A stretch of DNA of 53,704 nt, taken from positions 1 to 53,704 of IMG/VR virus record IMGVR_UViG_3300023184_000166. One strand, 5' to 3'. The stretch comes from a virus. Taxonomy: Duplodnaviria; Caudoviricetes. The notes beneath the pieces are model-generated. The model saw only the letters and a program-made list of their open reading frames with translations, was not told the origin of the DNA and made no database searches. A program made the translations under genes and the position numbers. Below, piece after piece: positions 21,101 through 31,419 of the stretch (positions within the stretch are counted from its first letter, which is position 1; the number at the start of each line of letters is the position of its first letter).

Positions 21101-24100
21101 GCTGCCTTTCTAGCAGTAATTGCAAAGAGATACAAAGGAACTGATAATGCTGCAATTGCAATTGTTGCACCAGTAACTAAAGGCAATGCTAAAATTGCTA
21201 TGCCAAGTCCAAGTGCAATAATTGGCATTTGTGTAGCAATCCCTATGAACACAGTGCTGATCTTATATGCAGCATCAAATGTGTTAGATAAATTTTCAGA
21301 TAATTCATCACCTAAGTCTTTAGACATAACAGAACCAATTAAATCCGCTGCCTTTCTAGCAGTAATTGCAAAGAGATACAAAGGAACTGATAATGCTGCA
21401 ATTGCAATTGTTGCACCAGTAACTAAAGGCAATGCTAATGCTGCTATTCCGAGTCCAAGTGCAATAATTGGCATTTGTGTAGCAACCCCTATGAACACAG
21501 TGCTGATCTTATATGCAGCATCAAATGTGTTAGATAAATTTTCAGAAAGTTCTTCGCCTAAATCTTTAGACATAACAGAACCAATTAGATCTGCTGCTTC
21601 TTTAGTAGCAATTGCAAAAAGATATAAAGGAACTGATAATGCTGCAATTGCAAGGGTTGATCCAACAATTAAAGGTGATGCTAATGCTGCTATTCCGAGT
21701 CCAAGTGCAATAATTGGCATTTGTGCAGCAATACCCATAAATGCAGTGCTAATCTTATGTGCAGCATCAAATGTGTCATATAACATTTCAGAAAGTTCAT
21801 TGCCCAAGTCTTTAGACATAACAGAACCAATTAAATCCGCTGCCTTTCTAGCAGTAATTGCAAAAAGATATAAAGGAACTGATAATGCTGCAATTGCAAG
21901 GGTTGATCCAGTAATTAAAGGTGATGCTAATGCTGCTATTCCGAGTCCAAGTGCAATAATTGGCATTTTTGCAGCAATGCCCATAAACGCATTACTAATC
22001 AAAAGTGCAGCATCAAATGTGTCACGCAACATTTCAGATAATTCATTGCCTAAGTCTTTAGACATAACAGAACCAATTAGATCTGCTGCATCTTTAGTGG
22101 CAATTGCAAAAAGATACAAAGGAATTGATAATGCTGCAATTGCAAGGGTTGATCCAACAATTAAAGGTGATGCTAATGCTGCTATTCCGAGTCCAAGTGC
22201 AATAATTGGCATTTTTGCAGCAATGCCCATAAATGCATTACTAATCAAAAGTGCAGCATCAAATGTGTCATACAACATTTCAGAAAGTTCATTGCCTAAG
22301 TCTTTAGACATAACAGAACCAATTAGATCTGCTGCATCTTTAGTGGCAATTGCAAAAAGATACAAAGGAATTGATAATGCTGCAATTGCAAGAGTTGCAC
22401 CAATAATTAAAGGCGATGCTAAGAGTGCTATACCAAGTCCAAGTGCAATAATTGGCATTTTTGCAGCAATACCCATAAATGTAGTGCTAATCAAAAACGC
22501 CGCATCAAAACAATCACGCAACATCCCAGAAAGTTCTTCGCCTAATTCTTTAGACATAATGCTGCCAAGTAATTTGGAAGTTTCTCTAGCAGTTACCATG
22601 TATAGCATGAGAGGAGGCGTAAGTAACGCAAGCGATAAAGCAGCAGCCAGAATAGTTGGAATTGCTGCTGTAGCAAAAGCTAGTCCTAAACTAATAATTG
22701 GCATTTTAGCGGCTATTGCCATCATGCTTAAACTAATTGTGTAGGCGGCATTAAAGCAATCGTTGAGTAAATTTGATAAAGTTTCACCTAATTCTTTTGA
22801 TATAATATTGCCAAGCAAATCTGCCGTGTCTCTTGCTGTGGTTACATATGTTTCCAAAGGAGCAGCAAGAAGTTTAAGTGCAATAGCTGCTCCATAAATT
22901 GTTGGTATAGCAAATAAAGACATGGCTAACCCAGCTGCAATTATTGGCATCATTGCAGCCATCTTTATGATTGTTGCTGAAATTTCAGCAGCTGTGTTGA
23001 ATGCAAGATTTAATCCAGAAATTAGACTAGAAGATAATTCTTCATCAATTGTGTCACTCAAAGTTTGCGAAACATCAACAACTGCGTCAAGATATGTTTT
23101 CATGGCATAGCCAAAAACTCTAAGAGAGGCAGCACCAAAAAGTATAATTGGCACTGACATCAAAGAAATTGTTGATGCAATGCCAGTAATTCCTAAAATG
23201 GTTGTAATTCCAATTATCTTGCTACAAATATCCCAAACTGCGTTATAAGTTTTGTCTAAATTATCGACAATTTCTTGAGCTAATGAAGGTTCAATTGTAT
23301 CTGCTACAGATTGACCCACGGCAAACATAGACAAAATAACATCTTTTAGAGGCTCGCTAAATGCCCACATAGCGCCAGCAGCAAAATACATGAGAGGCAC
23401 AGATGCTAGTGCAGCAACCATTCCAACGCTCATCGCAGCCATCAACCCAGCCATCCATAATATCTTGCCTGTAATTGCGGTAAGGGTGTTAACTAACAAA
23501 TCAAGCTTACTTGTAATTTCGTCAGCTAATTCTTGATTGATAGATTCAGAAAATACTTTGCCTAAACCAATCATAGATTCGGCCAAAGATTTCATTGGAA
23601 TTGCAAGAAGATTAAAGCCTATAGCAACAGTTCCCATAAGACCTATGGCAACAGAAGAGGCAAGAAGTTCTGCAGCTAACTTACCTAAAGCAACAGTGTT
23701 CCAAAAAACAGCTTTAGCAATACCTATAGCAACTGCAATTAAATTATCAATTTTAGTTGTAAATTCAGGAATCATATCTTTGGTAACATTGACATTTTCA
23801 AGAGCACTTGCAATTCCCATAACGCCCGTAGCAAGTATTGCCATTCCACCAGCAATAAGAACTAATCCTGCACCTCCAGCAACTAATCCCGCAGCAAGCA
23901 CTGGTGCTCCTATCGCAAAAGCAGCTATTCCTGCTATGGTTAGTGCGTTGCTTGAAATTGTCCAAACAATAGATCCAACACCACTAATGAATCCAGATAA
24001 TTGTTCATTAAGAGCTTGAATTTCTGAAGGATTCCAATTTAAAAGTGATTTTTGTAATCCCCAAACTGCTAATGCCATTGCTGCTATAGCTATTGCAAAT

Positions 24101-27100
24101 GCTCCAAGAGCAATTGCACCAGCCGCCATAGCTGGAATGCTTATAGCCATTCCAATAGCAAGGAATGCTAATGTTGCAGCTAATTTAATTCCTTGCCAAG
24201 AAAGTGTTCCAAGCGTGGATCGAACGCCAACCATAAAAGCTGCTATGTTTTCACCAAGAGCAGTCATGTCCTCAGCAGTCCATGAACTTGTGGCCTTGTA
24301 AACAGTCCAAATTCCCACAGACAATGCTGCTAATGCAACAGCACATGCTCCGAGAGCAATTCCTCCCGCAACCATGGCTGGAATTCCAATAACAAGAGCA
24401 GCAGCCATGGCCACTAGGGCGACAGCAATTTTTACGGCTCCCCATGCAATTGTCCACGCAATTGAAGTAACGCCAGTCATGAATGCAGCAAGATCATTGG
24501 ATGCTTGAATCAATCCGGGACCATCAAGTCCTAAAGCTCCTCCAATCCAAAGCAATCCTTTAACAAGACCTCCAATTGCCATGCCCAAAACAATTAAACC
24601 AGCGGCTAGTCCTGCAAGAACTAAAGCTCCGATACCTATTAGTGGCAATGCGGAAATAATTGCAGGAGCGGCTGCTCCAAGAGCGAATAATGCAACTGCA
24701 ACTAAACCTCCACCAACTGCAATCGTTAAAATGGCAGCAGATAAAGCAGCAAAAACTGCTGCAACCTCTAATGCAGTCTTAGCATCAATTCCCAAGAATC
24801 CTAAAACTGTTTTAGCCAACCAAACTAATACTCCACCAATAATAATGATGGCAGCACCTATGCCAAGAATAGCAATTGATCCCTTTGCAACTTTAGCCAA
24901 TATCTTACCGGGGTTGTTCATAGCTTGGCTAAAGCCCTTGGATTCCCCCATTTTGTCCATTGCTTCAACAAACTCGCCAACACCAAGTGCCACTGCTCCA
25001 GCAACGCCAGCAACAGCAACAAGAACGGCTGCAGTTTCAGCAACTTTGGTCAAATCCATTCCTAACATGCTGAATAATTTTGATGCCAACCAAACCATAG
25101 CCGTGCCGATCAATACAATGGCAGGACCAATAATTGTGATTGCAGCCACTGCCTTAAGACATGTTTTAACCATATCTCCAGAGATATTGCCCATCTCTGA
25201 AGCTTTACCTTCACTCAACTCTTTATAAGCTGCAACAGAGGCAACTGCCACAGCAGCACCTACGGCAGCAATTGCTCCAATAGCAGCGGCTACTTCTATA
25301 ATTTTGGAAACATCAAGTCCTAAAGCTTTCAATACCTTATCACCAAGATAAACCAGTGCCGTACCCAGAAGCAAAGCACCAGCACCAAGAACGGCTGCAC
25401 CAGCAGCAGTTTTTGCAAAATCACCACCTAATGCCTTCATGCTTTCGGGATCAGTAGATGGTCCAACTTCGCCTTCAATTGCAGGCCCCTTCTTAATGGC
25501 TTCTGCTTTTTTTCCAGCTTTCTTTGAAGCATCAATATTTTTTGCTTCGTTCGTAATATTTCTTTTTTGACCTTTTATAATTTTTTCTTCGTCTTTACCT
25601 CGACGAGTCTCACTTGTTATTTGTTTCTTTTCTTTAGAAGATAAAATTGCATCTTCTTTGTCTTTTTTCTCTTGTTGTTTTCTTTGAGCACGCATCATTG
25701 CTTGATCCATGCCAGCACTTTCAGCCCTAGCTTTAGCGTCTGCCTTAGCTTGTGCAACTTGTTCAGCAGTCCATTTTTGTTTTCCAGCTTGTTTGCCAGC
25801 AGTTTCAACTGCTTCTTGAGGGCGTTCAGGTGTGATAACGCCACGCAATTCACGAATTTTTTCTTTCTTTTGAGCCTTGCTTAAACTTTCATCAGCTTCA
25901 ATTTTCTTTTCTTGTAATTTTCTTTCTGTACGAATTTCTGCTTGGGTCTTACCAGTAGCTTCAACCTTTGCTGCAGCTTTGGCTTTAGCTTCTGCAACTT
26001 GTTCTGGTGAAACTTTTTGTTTTTCAGCTTCTTTACCGGCAGCTTTTGTAGCTTCGCCAGTTTTTGTTGAAGTGGGTTTTACTTCTGCTTCTTTAAGACC
26101 TTCTTCAGGCTTCTTTTTTTCTATACCTAAATACCTTTTAATGTTTTCAACTATGCCCCCTTCTTTCTTTTCTCCGCCATATGCTAAAGTTTCAATAGCA
26201 GCTTTGATGGAGAGCAAAGTCATTGTCATTTTGATTGCGCCTGCTGCAATGCCACCTAATGCTGCAGCCATAAACACAAACTTTGCAAAAGAACTGTCAA
26301 AGAAACTAGACAATAATTTGTTGCTAGCTCCCGAAAGATAGTCATTAAGTTTTTTCAACTCAAGATTGGTTTGATCTTGAGGTGTAAGATTAGCTTTTTG
26401 TTGTGTGGCAACTACTTGCATGCCTTCATTGATGATAGACATGGCATCTTGGAATTTCTTCGGATCTGCTGCTGCTTCTGCTATCTGTTCTGGAGTTAAT
26501 TTCATTTGATCTTTGCCCATTGCCTTCAGCTGGGCATTTACTGATTCCATTTGTTTGGTCAAAACAGTTTGAGACATTTCTTTTTCAGATAGCTTACCAA
26601 CATCTCCTGTGCCTCCGACAGCTTTATAAGCATCTTCAAGAGCTTTTTTGCTATCTTTATTCATTTTTCCGTATGCGTCGGACATATCTTGTGCGCCCTT
26701 AGCTGCTTCGCTGACTTTTGTCAGTGCAGACATTGCTGCTCCACTTTGAATTGCAGCTTTCTTTTCCAATAAAGACGATTTTTCTTGTGTTGTAAGATTT
26801 TTTTCAAGTTGTTTGTCAATGTCTTTGAGCTTATCGGTATAATCTTTGCCAGATTCTTTTAAAGCTTCTAATGTGCTTAAAGCTTGGCCAGCGTCCATTT
26901 GGAACATGGCTTGCATTCTAAAGCTAATATCTCTTTTTGCTTCATCTGAAAGACTTTCAAATTGTTCTCTACTCTCAATTCCCATGCTTTTAAGTGTCTT
27001 TTCCATGCCAGCACTTAAATCTTTAATTCCTTGTTTAGTTTTAAGCATGGCTCCAGATGAAGCTTTATCAAACTGACCAACAGCACCAGCTGACATAATA

Positions 27101-28371
27101 ATAAGGTTTTGCATTCCCTTACTAGTTTCATTAAACAAAGCATGACTACTTGACAAACCTTTGGCCAGTGCATTGATTTCATCAGCTACATCAAGTTTTT
27201 GACCATTTGCAGCTAATTCCAACATGTTTGTTGCTGCTTCAGCAGTTAGTTGTCCTGAACCACGCATTGCTTTTTGAAGGCCCTTAGCACTATTCATAGC
27301 ACTAGTTAAAGCTTCGCCAGTTAAACCTGTGTTTCTAGCAACCTCCTGCATTCCACGACCCATTTGAGCTAATTGGGCATTATTGAACTTGCCTGCTACA
27401 GCAAATTCTTGGAATGTTTGTTGAAGTGATCCAGCTTCTAAACCTAATTGTTCTTCAGTGTGTAGAGATTGAGTGGCAAGCTGTGCGGCTAATTTACGAT
27501 CTTTGACACCTGTTTTTAATGCTTTTAAATAACTCTTTTCGAATTTTTCACGCTCGACACCAGTTTTGTGTACTGTAAGACCTAAGTCTTCGTAGGATCT
27601 ATTTAGTTCGTGATGGCCAGCAAGCAGTCCATCTGTTTCATAGGCAGCACGACGGACATCACGAATGAAGTCCATTTGACCTTTGCCAATATTTCCAAAC
27701 AAAGTTCCCATGACATCAAGGCCAAGAGCATGGGGGATATATTCTAGTCCACTACGCAGAGTGTAAAATTGATCGCTAAGTTTACCTGTAACATCGCCAT
27801 ATTTTCTGTAAACTGATGCTTGTTTTGTAAGACTTTCAAGTGAAGATCTTACTTCAGCACCTTTTTCCTTGTCCAAGGCTAGCTGAGCAACCTGTTCTTT
27901 TGTAATTCTATTTTGCTGTGCATATGTTCGTACAGCATCCAACAAGTCAGTTTGATGATATTTTTGTCTATCTTTGTAAAGATTGTCAGTTAGTTTTTTT
28001 AGAACTGACATTTCTTCTGCGTCCATTTCAGGAGCTTTTCTATTGTCAGCACCTTTAGATTTTTCTTTTTTATCTTTTCCCTTTTTAGATTTATCTTCTC
28101 TTTTTCCCTTAACATCCTTCATTGCAGAAACAGTTTTGTTCATGAACTCTTTTTGTTCTTTAAGACCATTTTGAAAATTGGTCGTAAATTGAGTCATGGC
28201 TTCGGTAAGTTGTTTAATTGCTTCTTCTTGAGAGGCACTAGGCGGATTAACGGCTTTAGGAGCACCAGTTTTAGCGCTAGCAATTAAGCTTTGAATCTCT
28301 GCTGTATTGAGATTCAATGCATCAACTGTTCTACCCAGTGCGTCAATTATTTGTTGATTTGGTTCTGCCAT
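18133..28371 (-). CDS. Tape measure protein, 3412 aa
   Basis: Very long Ala/Gly/Leu-rich helical protein with hydrophobic segments, directly upstream of tube initiator and baseplate genes. Confidence 0.88.
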   Translation of the reverse strand: MAEPNQQIIDALGRTVDALNLNTAEIQSLIASAKTGAPKAVNPPSASQEEAIKQLTEAMTQFTTNFQNGLKEQKEFMNKTVSAMKDVKGKREDKSKKGKDKKEKSKGADNRKAPEMDAEEMSVLKKLTDNLYKDRQKYHQTDLLDAVRTYAQQNRITKEQVAQLALDKEKGAEVRSSLESLTKQASVYRKYGDVTGKLSDQFYTLRSGLEYIPHALGLDVMGTLFGNIGKGQMDFIRDVRRAAYETDGLLAGHHELNRSYEDLGLTVHKTGVEREKFEKSYLKALKTGVKDRKLAAQLATQSLHTEEQLGLEAGSLQQTFQEFAVAGKFNNAQLAQMGRGMQEVARNTGLTGEALTSAMNSAKGLQKAMRGSGQLTAEAATNMLELAANGQKLDVADEINALAKGLSSSHALFNETSKGMQNLIIMSAGAVGQFDKASSGAMLKTKQGIKDLSAGMEKTLKSMGIESREQFESLSDEAKRDISFRMQAMFQMDAGQALSTLEALKESGKDYTDKLKDIDKQLEKNLTTQEKSSLLEKKAAIQSGAAMSALTKVSEAAKGAQDMSDAYGKMNKDSKKALEDAYKAVGGTGDVGKLSEKEMSQTVLTKQMESVNAQLKAMGKDQMKLTPEQIAEAAADPKKFQDAMSIINEGMQVVATQQKANLTPQDQTNLELKKLNDYLSGASNKLLSSFFDSSFAKFVFMAAALGGIAAGAIKMTMTLLSIKAAIETLAYGGEKKEGGIVENIKRYLGIEKKKPEEGLKEAEVKPTSTKTGEATKAAGKEAEKQKVSPEQVAEAKAKAAAKVEATGKTQAEIRTERKLQEKKIEADESLSKAQKKEKIRELRGVITPERPQEAVETAGKQAGKQKWTAEQVAQAKADAKARAESAGMDQAMMRAQRKQQEKKDKEDAILSSKEKKQITSETRRGKDEEKIIKGQKRNITNEAKNIDASKKAGKKAEAIKKGPAIEGEVGPSTDPESMKALGGDFAKTAAGAAVLGAGALLLGTALVYLGDKVLKALGLDVSKIIEVAAAIGAIAAVGAAVAVASVAAYKELSEGKASEMGNISGDMVKTCLKAVAAITIIGPAIVLIGTAMVWLASKLFSMLGMDLTKVAETAAVLVAVAGVAGAVALGVGEFVEAMDKMGESKGFSQAMNNPGKILAKVAKGSIAILGIGAAIIIIGGVLVWLAKTVLGFLGIDAKTALEVAAVFAALSAAILTIAVGGGLVAVALFALGAAAPAIISALPLIGIGALVLAGLAAGLIVLGMAIGGLVKGLLWIGGALGLDGPGLIQASNDLAAFMTGVTSIAWTIAWGAVKIAVALVAMAAALVIGIPAMVAGGIALGACAVALAALSVGIWTVYKATSSWTAEDMTALGENIAAFMVGVRSTLGTLSWQGIKLAATLAFLAIGMAISIPAMAAGAIALGAFAIAIAAMALAVWGLQKSLLNWNPSEIQALNEQLSGFISGVGSIVWTISSNALTIAGIAAFAIGAPVLAAGLVAGGAGLVLIAGGMAILATGVMGIASALENVNVTKDMIPEFTTKIDNLIAVAIGIAKAVFWNTVALGKLAAELLASSVAIGLMGTVAIGFNLLAIPMKSLAESMIGLGKVFSESINQELADEITSKLDLLVNTLTAITGKILWMAGLMAAMSVGMVAALASVPLMYFAAGAMWAFSEPLKDVILSMFAVGQSVADTIEPSLAQEIVDNLDKTYNAVWDICSKIIGITTILGITGIASTISLMSVPIILFGAASLRVFGYAMKTYLDAVVDVSQTLSDTIDEELSSSLISGLNLAFNTAAEISATIIKMAAMMPIIAAGLAMSLFAIPTIYGAAIALKLLAAPLETYVTTARDTADLLGNIISKELGETLSNLLNDCFNAAYTISLSMMAIAAKMPIISLGLAFATAAIPTILAAALSLALLTPPLMLYMVTARETSKLLGSIMSKELGEELSGMLRDCFDAAFLISTTFMGIAAKMPIIALGLGIALLASPLIIGATLAIAALSIPLYLFAIATKDAADLIGSVMSKDLGNELSEMLYDTFDAALLISNAFMGIAAKMPIIALGLGIAALASPLIVGSTLAIAALSIPLYLFAIATKDAADLIGSVMSKDLGNELSEMLRDTFDAALLISNAFMGIAAKMPIIALGLGIAALASPLITGSTLAIAALSVPLYLFAITARKAADLIGSVMSKDLGNELSEMLYDTFDAAHKISTAFMGIAAQMPIIALGLGIAALASPLIVGSTLAIAALSVPLYLFAIATKEAADLIGSVMSKDLGEELSENLSNTFDAAYKISTVFIGVATQMPIIALGLGIAALALPLVTGATIAIAALSVPLYLFAITARKAADLIGSVMSKDLGDELSENLSNTFDAAYKISTVFIGIATQMPIIALGLGIAILALPLVTGATIAIAALSVPLYLFAITARKAADLIGSVMSKDLGDELSENLSNTFDAALLIGSAFMKIATQMPIIALGLGIAILALPLVTGATIAIAALSIPLYLFAITARKAADLIGSVMSKDLGNELSEMLRDTFDAAYKISTTFMDIAAQMPIIALGLGIALLALPLVTGATIAIAALSVPLYLFAITARKAADLIGSVMSKDLGDELSENLSNTFDAAYKISTVFIGIATQMPIIALGLGIAILALPLVTGATIAIAALSIPLYLFAITARKAADLIGSVMSKDLGDELSEMLRDCFDAANKISTTFMGIAAQMPIIALGLGIAALASPLIVGSTIAIAALSVPLYLFAITAREAADLIGSVMSKDLGDELSEMLRDTFDAAYKISTTFMDIAAQMPIIALGLGIAILALPLVTGATIAIAALSVPLYLFAITARKAADLIGSVMSKDLGDELSENLSDTFDAAYKISLTIMGISAKLTVIGSGMFMAMFSIPLIYGIGLSISKLSSPILYFVASAKNAAKIIGDVMPKDVAEELVENLNSAFNAAYNIAISMMAMSAKLAIIGVGFGIALLATPILYFATGTILSLANPLISFINAAALIGQAITSVFDPNEMESISDQIISVIDSAASIGDALVIMGTKMAVIGAGVVAAFFATPLMYMAGKTLKILAKPLQSFIDTATTVFPVEEVQASQGKLDAIVGMFDSLQNLMGGIVTAASNLVIFRGFGKLFNFESMSKDFLALADGLKTGLIGPLTESLPSVTELEAVVAQLDSTVKVLSKVQDVVETMASVIASITMAGMDLSALGGIPFDKIGMFCSALLGGGKPTVAGAAGGGASNIGKAPSDMAIEKRIEGQQNESQMRTSKNIDELVNNALRGDGILVQPIGDIGNITAQAPEPVTAQTATADNASIQSKIQMHKVSTEPSKSKVSSEDLTEIAGTNETQVLLQKQLVDLFSKVLDALQPKNIPTTAGQGSTTDTASNTVPGRPANYFKTTTGSVAQGSAKAITNLGPPKMA
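19595..22800. repeat. 246-bp (82-aa) coding tandem repeat; about 11 near-identical units plus degenerate flanks
   Basis: tctttagacataa recurs at 19841, 20087, 20333, 20579, 20825, 21071, 21317, 21563, 21809, 22055, 22301, 22547 (period 246); degenerate in-register copies at 19595 and 22793. Confidence 0.95.
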
Positions 28372-28435
28372 GAATGCCTACAAACGCTTTTAGCCCTTTC
28401 AATATGATTGAGTTATCTATGATTGTTATTTTTGC

Positions 28436-28957
28436 TTATGTTGGATTTGGAATTGAAATTCCGCCTAAATTCATTTCGCCTGAAGGTCCAGCCTGTGGAT
28501 TGGCCATACGACGAATTTGCTCTCGCACAGAACGGCGTATAGCCTCTATCTCGTTAGGGTCAAATGACCGAGATATTGCGAGAGCATTGACAATTTGGGC
28601 ACAATCCAGCTTTCTTAGTCGCTCAATTCCTGTGCGTTTATATTGTCTGAATGCTGAAGATATATAGGCGTTTCCTTTAATATATTGGTAAGTGAATATA
28701 GGATTATCACATATTGATAAACCAGAACCCGGAAACATCAATTTTTTAATGACTGGGAAGGTCAGATAGTGAATATTGATGCCTCTAATATATTGTCCCC
28801 ATACATCAGTAATCAATACCATAGGTGCAGGATCATGTCCGGGTTTGTGAAAAATATAGTTGAAATTAACCAAACTACCCCGACCAATAGCGGTGTTTGT
28901 AACATTTTGACCTAATATACCGGTCGGTAAAACAGCATCAACAAAAGGTACAGCCAT
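28436..28957 (-). CDS. DNA end protector protein (T4 gp2-like)
   Basis: GSLVNFNY..DPAPMVLI..GINIHYL..AFRQYK resembles gp2 motifs. Confidence 0.6.
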   Translation of the reverse strand: MAVPFVDAVLPTGILGQNVTNTAIGRGSLVNFNYIFHKPGHDPAPMVLITDVWGQYIRGINIHYLTFPVIKKLMFPGSGLSICDNPIFTYQYIKGNAYISSAFRQYKRTGIERLRKLDCAQIVNALAISRSFDPNEIEAIRRSVREQIRRMANPQAGPSGEMNLGGISIPNPT

Positions 28958-29050
28958 ACATTATCTAGATTTCCCAATCTTTGTTTACAAAGCCCATTTG
29001 CAGCGGTAAGATCAATCTAAGATTGAACCATAACCATTAAAAGAAAGAGA

Positions 29051-29320
29051 TTGAAAACGATGTTAACTACGACCTGTATCATGTGTGGCGGTAAGGTATC
29101 ATGGAATGCAGTTGCGTGTCCTCATTGTGGCGATCCCGGACAGCAGCTTCGTGCAAAATTGCGTCGAGAAGAACATGAAAGCAATGTGCAAAAAGGTTTC
29201 ATTCCTGAATCTCCTACTTTTGCACAGAATTCAATCAATGGTGTTTTTAATACCATTATAGGCATAATCATTTTGGGTGTTTTTTTTATAGGATTTTATC
29301 TTATGAGTAGGCTTTTTTAA
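29051..29320 (+). CDS. Zinc-ribbon membrane protein
   Basis: CIMCG..CPHCG plus C-terminal TM helix. Confidence 0.7.
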   Translation: MKTMLTTTCIMCGGKVSWNAVACPHCGDPGQQLRAKLRREEHESNVQKGFIPESPTFAQNSINGVFNTIIGIIILGVFFIGFYLMSRLF

Positions 29321-29328
29321 GCTAAAAT

Positions 29329-29358
29329 AAAAAGCCCCGAAATAATTCGGGGCTTTTT
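29329..29358. terminator. Bidirectional intrinsic terminator
   Basis: AAAAAGCCCCGAA-ATAA-TTCGGGGCTTTTT between convergent genes. Confidence 0.85.
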
Positions 29359-29376
29359 AAATGGTTTACCGGCTAA

Positions 29377-29580
29377 TTACTTTTTAAGAATTATATAAAG
29401 TGCGTGAATAATACCCGGAAACCATCCAAATAATGTCAAAAGAAGATTGATCACAAGCTGAATATCTAAACCTCTTTTGAGTAAAACACCTAAAGGTGGT
29501 AAAAAGATTGCTAAAATAAGGCAAAGAACATCTTGAGATTCTTTGTCTATTTCTTTTTTGTTGTCTGAATCCTCATTCAT
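29377..29580 (-). CDS. YqaE/Pmp3 (UPF0057) small membrane protein
   Basis: ILAIFLPPLGVLLKRG..INLLLTLFGWFPGIIHALY. Confidence 0.9.
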   Translation of the reverse strand: MNEDSDNKKEIDKESQDVLCLILAIFLPPLGVLLKRGLDIQLVINLLLTLFGWFPGIIHALYIILKK

Positions 29581-29596
29581 TTTTCTCCTTAATAGA

Positions 29597-30073
29597 TTAT
29601 AATCTATTTAAAACAGTACTACTGTAATCGCTGCCTCCAGTCTTAACAATTAAACCAACGCCATCTTTTTGTCCTGTTCGTAATTCTTCTTCAGCATCAG
29701 CACTTTTGCGAAAGAACTTTTTAATTTCTTCTACAACACTTTTCATGGTCTCTTTTCCCGCTTCTTCTTCAGACATGTTTTCACCCATGTAGTCATTAAA
29801 CATGTCTTCAATGTTTAGTGCATATGCCTTTCCATAAGGCTCAGTCTTTTCAAGCTTTTGAATTCTATAAGCGATTCCATCGCCAATTTGATAAACCCTC
29901 ACGCCTTCAAAGCTTAATTTTTTGTTAGAAGATTTAATAAAAAGATATGGGTCATCATCTTCGAGGTGTGAATAAACATGAAAGCCGCCATCTCGTAAAA
30001 CTTTTTCCACGAGCTTTAACTGCTTTTTACCTTCACGCTGTTTGTGATCTACAAATTCAAAAAAAGTCTTCAT
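29597..30073 (-). CDS. Hypothetical protein (start reassigned to MKTFFEF)
   Basis: AAGGAG RBS precedes ATG at 30073. Confidence 0.7.
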   Translation of the reverse strand: MKTFFEFVDHKQREGKKQLKLVEKVLRDGGFHVYSHLEDDDPYLFIKSSNKKLSFEGVRVYQIGDGIAYRIQKLEKTEPYGKAYALNIEDMFNDYMGENMSEEEAGKETMKSVVEEIKKFFRKSADAEEELRTGQKDGVGLIVKTGGSDYSSTVLNRL

Positions 30074-30081
30074 TATTCTCC

Positions 30082-31419
30082 TTAGCAAGACCTCATGAGA
30101 ATTTCCTGAGCGGAAGGTATGCATCGCATCAATACCTTCAAATCACTAGGATTGCCATCATAAGGAGTTTCCTTCAATACAATGCCACTAAACGAAGAAG
30201 CTGCTTCTTTCAGAATGTTGAACTGGGCGGTTAAAAACAACATGCCATCAATACGCTCCATAAAATCGTGCTCTTCTTTTGCAGGATTTCCATCATCATC
30301 TACACCACCGGGAGCATCTTTCACATATCTGATTTTGATATCAACATAAGGCACAATTGCTCCGTCATCATCAATCATAGCTTCAGAATTGTCGCTTTGA
30401 ATTGCCCTGACAACTAATTTGCCACTTGTGTAAGCATTACGCAGACTGCCTGCCAAATCCCATCCAAGTGTATAAATTGTTCCATCTTGACCAACAACAC
30501 TAATAATGAAAGCACGCTTTTTAAATGTTTCGGCTATTGCTTCCATTACTACACGACGACGAAGAACATCTCGCTCTTCTGGAGCTCCTTCTTCCATGCG
30601 TTTTTGTTCTGGTTCGGTCAAATAACGCTCAGGGTCATCTTCACGAAGACTCCATTTGCCGAGATCAACCTTGCCCCATTTATCATTAAAACGAGTTGAA
30701 ATGCGAATTGAATATTCTCGATCATTATAAATAATATCTTCATTATTGCCACCGCTTCCAACTTGCACAGCACCAAGCAATGACGCCAAATATTTTCGAT
30801 GTAAATCGCCTTTCATGCCCAAAAGACCTTTGAGCTTGATAAAGACATTGTTTAATTCTGGAGTAGTCTGAAGAGCCGAAAACAAATGATTAACAACACT
30901 TACAGAAGGATTGTTCTGGTCAAGGTTTTGCTTAATGTTCTGTCTAATGTTTTTAGAAGCTTTATCAATATTTGCATTCTGACGCAAGAAAAGAATTTGC
31001 AAGTTATCTTCAACGAATTTACGAGGATAAGCTTCTAATTCAGCATCACGAACTCCTTGGATAAGTTCCATGAGTTTATTCACATCGCCTTTAATTGACT
31101 CTTTGAAATACTTGTTTTTCCATTGTTCAAAGTCCTGATCATTTACCTTTTCAGGCATATCTGGAGCTTGGGGATCATTACTTACATCGGGCATTTGCCC
31201 TGCTTCAGGACTGTTTTGTTGAGTTGCTGCAGCAGGCGGACTCATGTCGTTAGCTTTGTTTGCCACATTTGGATCTCCCGGAGGCATACCAGCGGCATTT
31301 GGATCACCGGGAGGACCAGATTGTGGTGGAGAATCAGGAGTTTGCATTGGAGATTGTCCAGCAGCAACATCTCCACTAGCTTCACTAGCTAACCATTCTT
31401 GAAGGGCATGAATACTCAT
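30082..31419 (-). CDS. Hypothetical protein with Pro-rich N-terminus
   Basis: 445-aa ORF overlapping the upstream gene by ATGA. Confidence 0.7.
   Translation of the reverse strand: MSIHALQEWLASEASGDVAAGQSPMQTPDSPPQSGPPGDPNAAGMPPGDPNVANKANDMSPPAAATQQNSPEAGQMPDVSNDPQAPDMPEKVNDQDFEQWKNKYFKESIKGDVNKLMELIQGVRDAELEAYPRKFVEDNLQILFLRQNANIDKASKNIRQNIKQNLDQNNPSVSVVNHLFSALQTTPELNNVFIKLKGLLGMKGDLHRKYLASLLGAVQVGSGGNNEDIIYNDREYSIRISTRFNDKWGKVDLGKWSLREDDPERYLTEPEQKRMEEGAPEERDVLRRRVVMEAIAETFKKRAFIISVVGQDGTIYTLGWDLAGSLRNAYTSGKLVVRAIQSDNSEAMIDDDGAIVPYVDIKIRYVKDAPGGVDDDGNPAKEEHDFMERIDGMLFLTAQFNILKEAASSFSGIVLKETPYDGNPSDLKVLMRCIPSAQEILMRSC

Noticed and set aside
19730-22744. 1004-aa plus-strand ORF
   Set aside because: Antisense shadow of the tape measure repeats; one stop-free unit repeated
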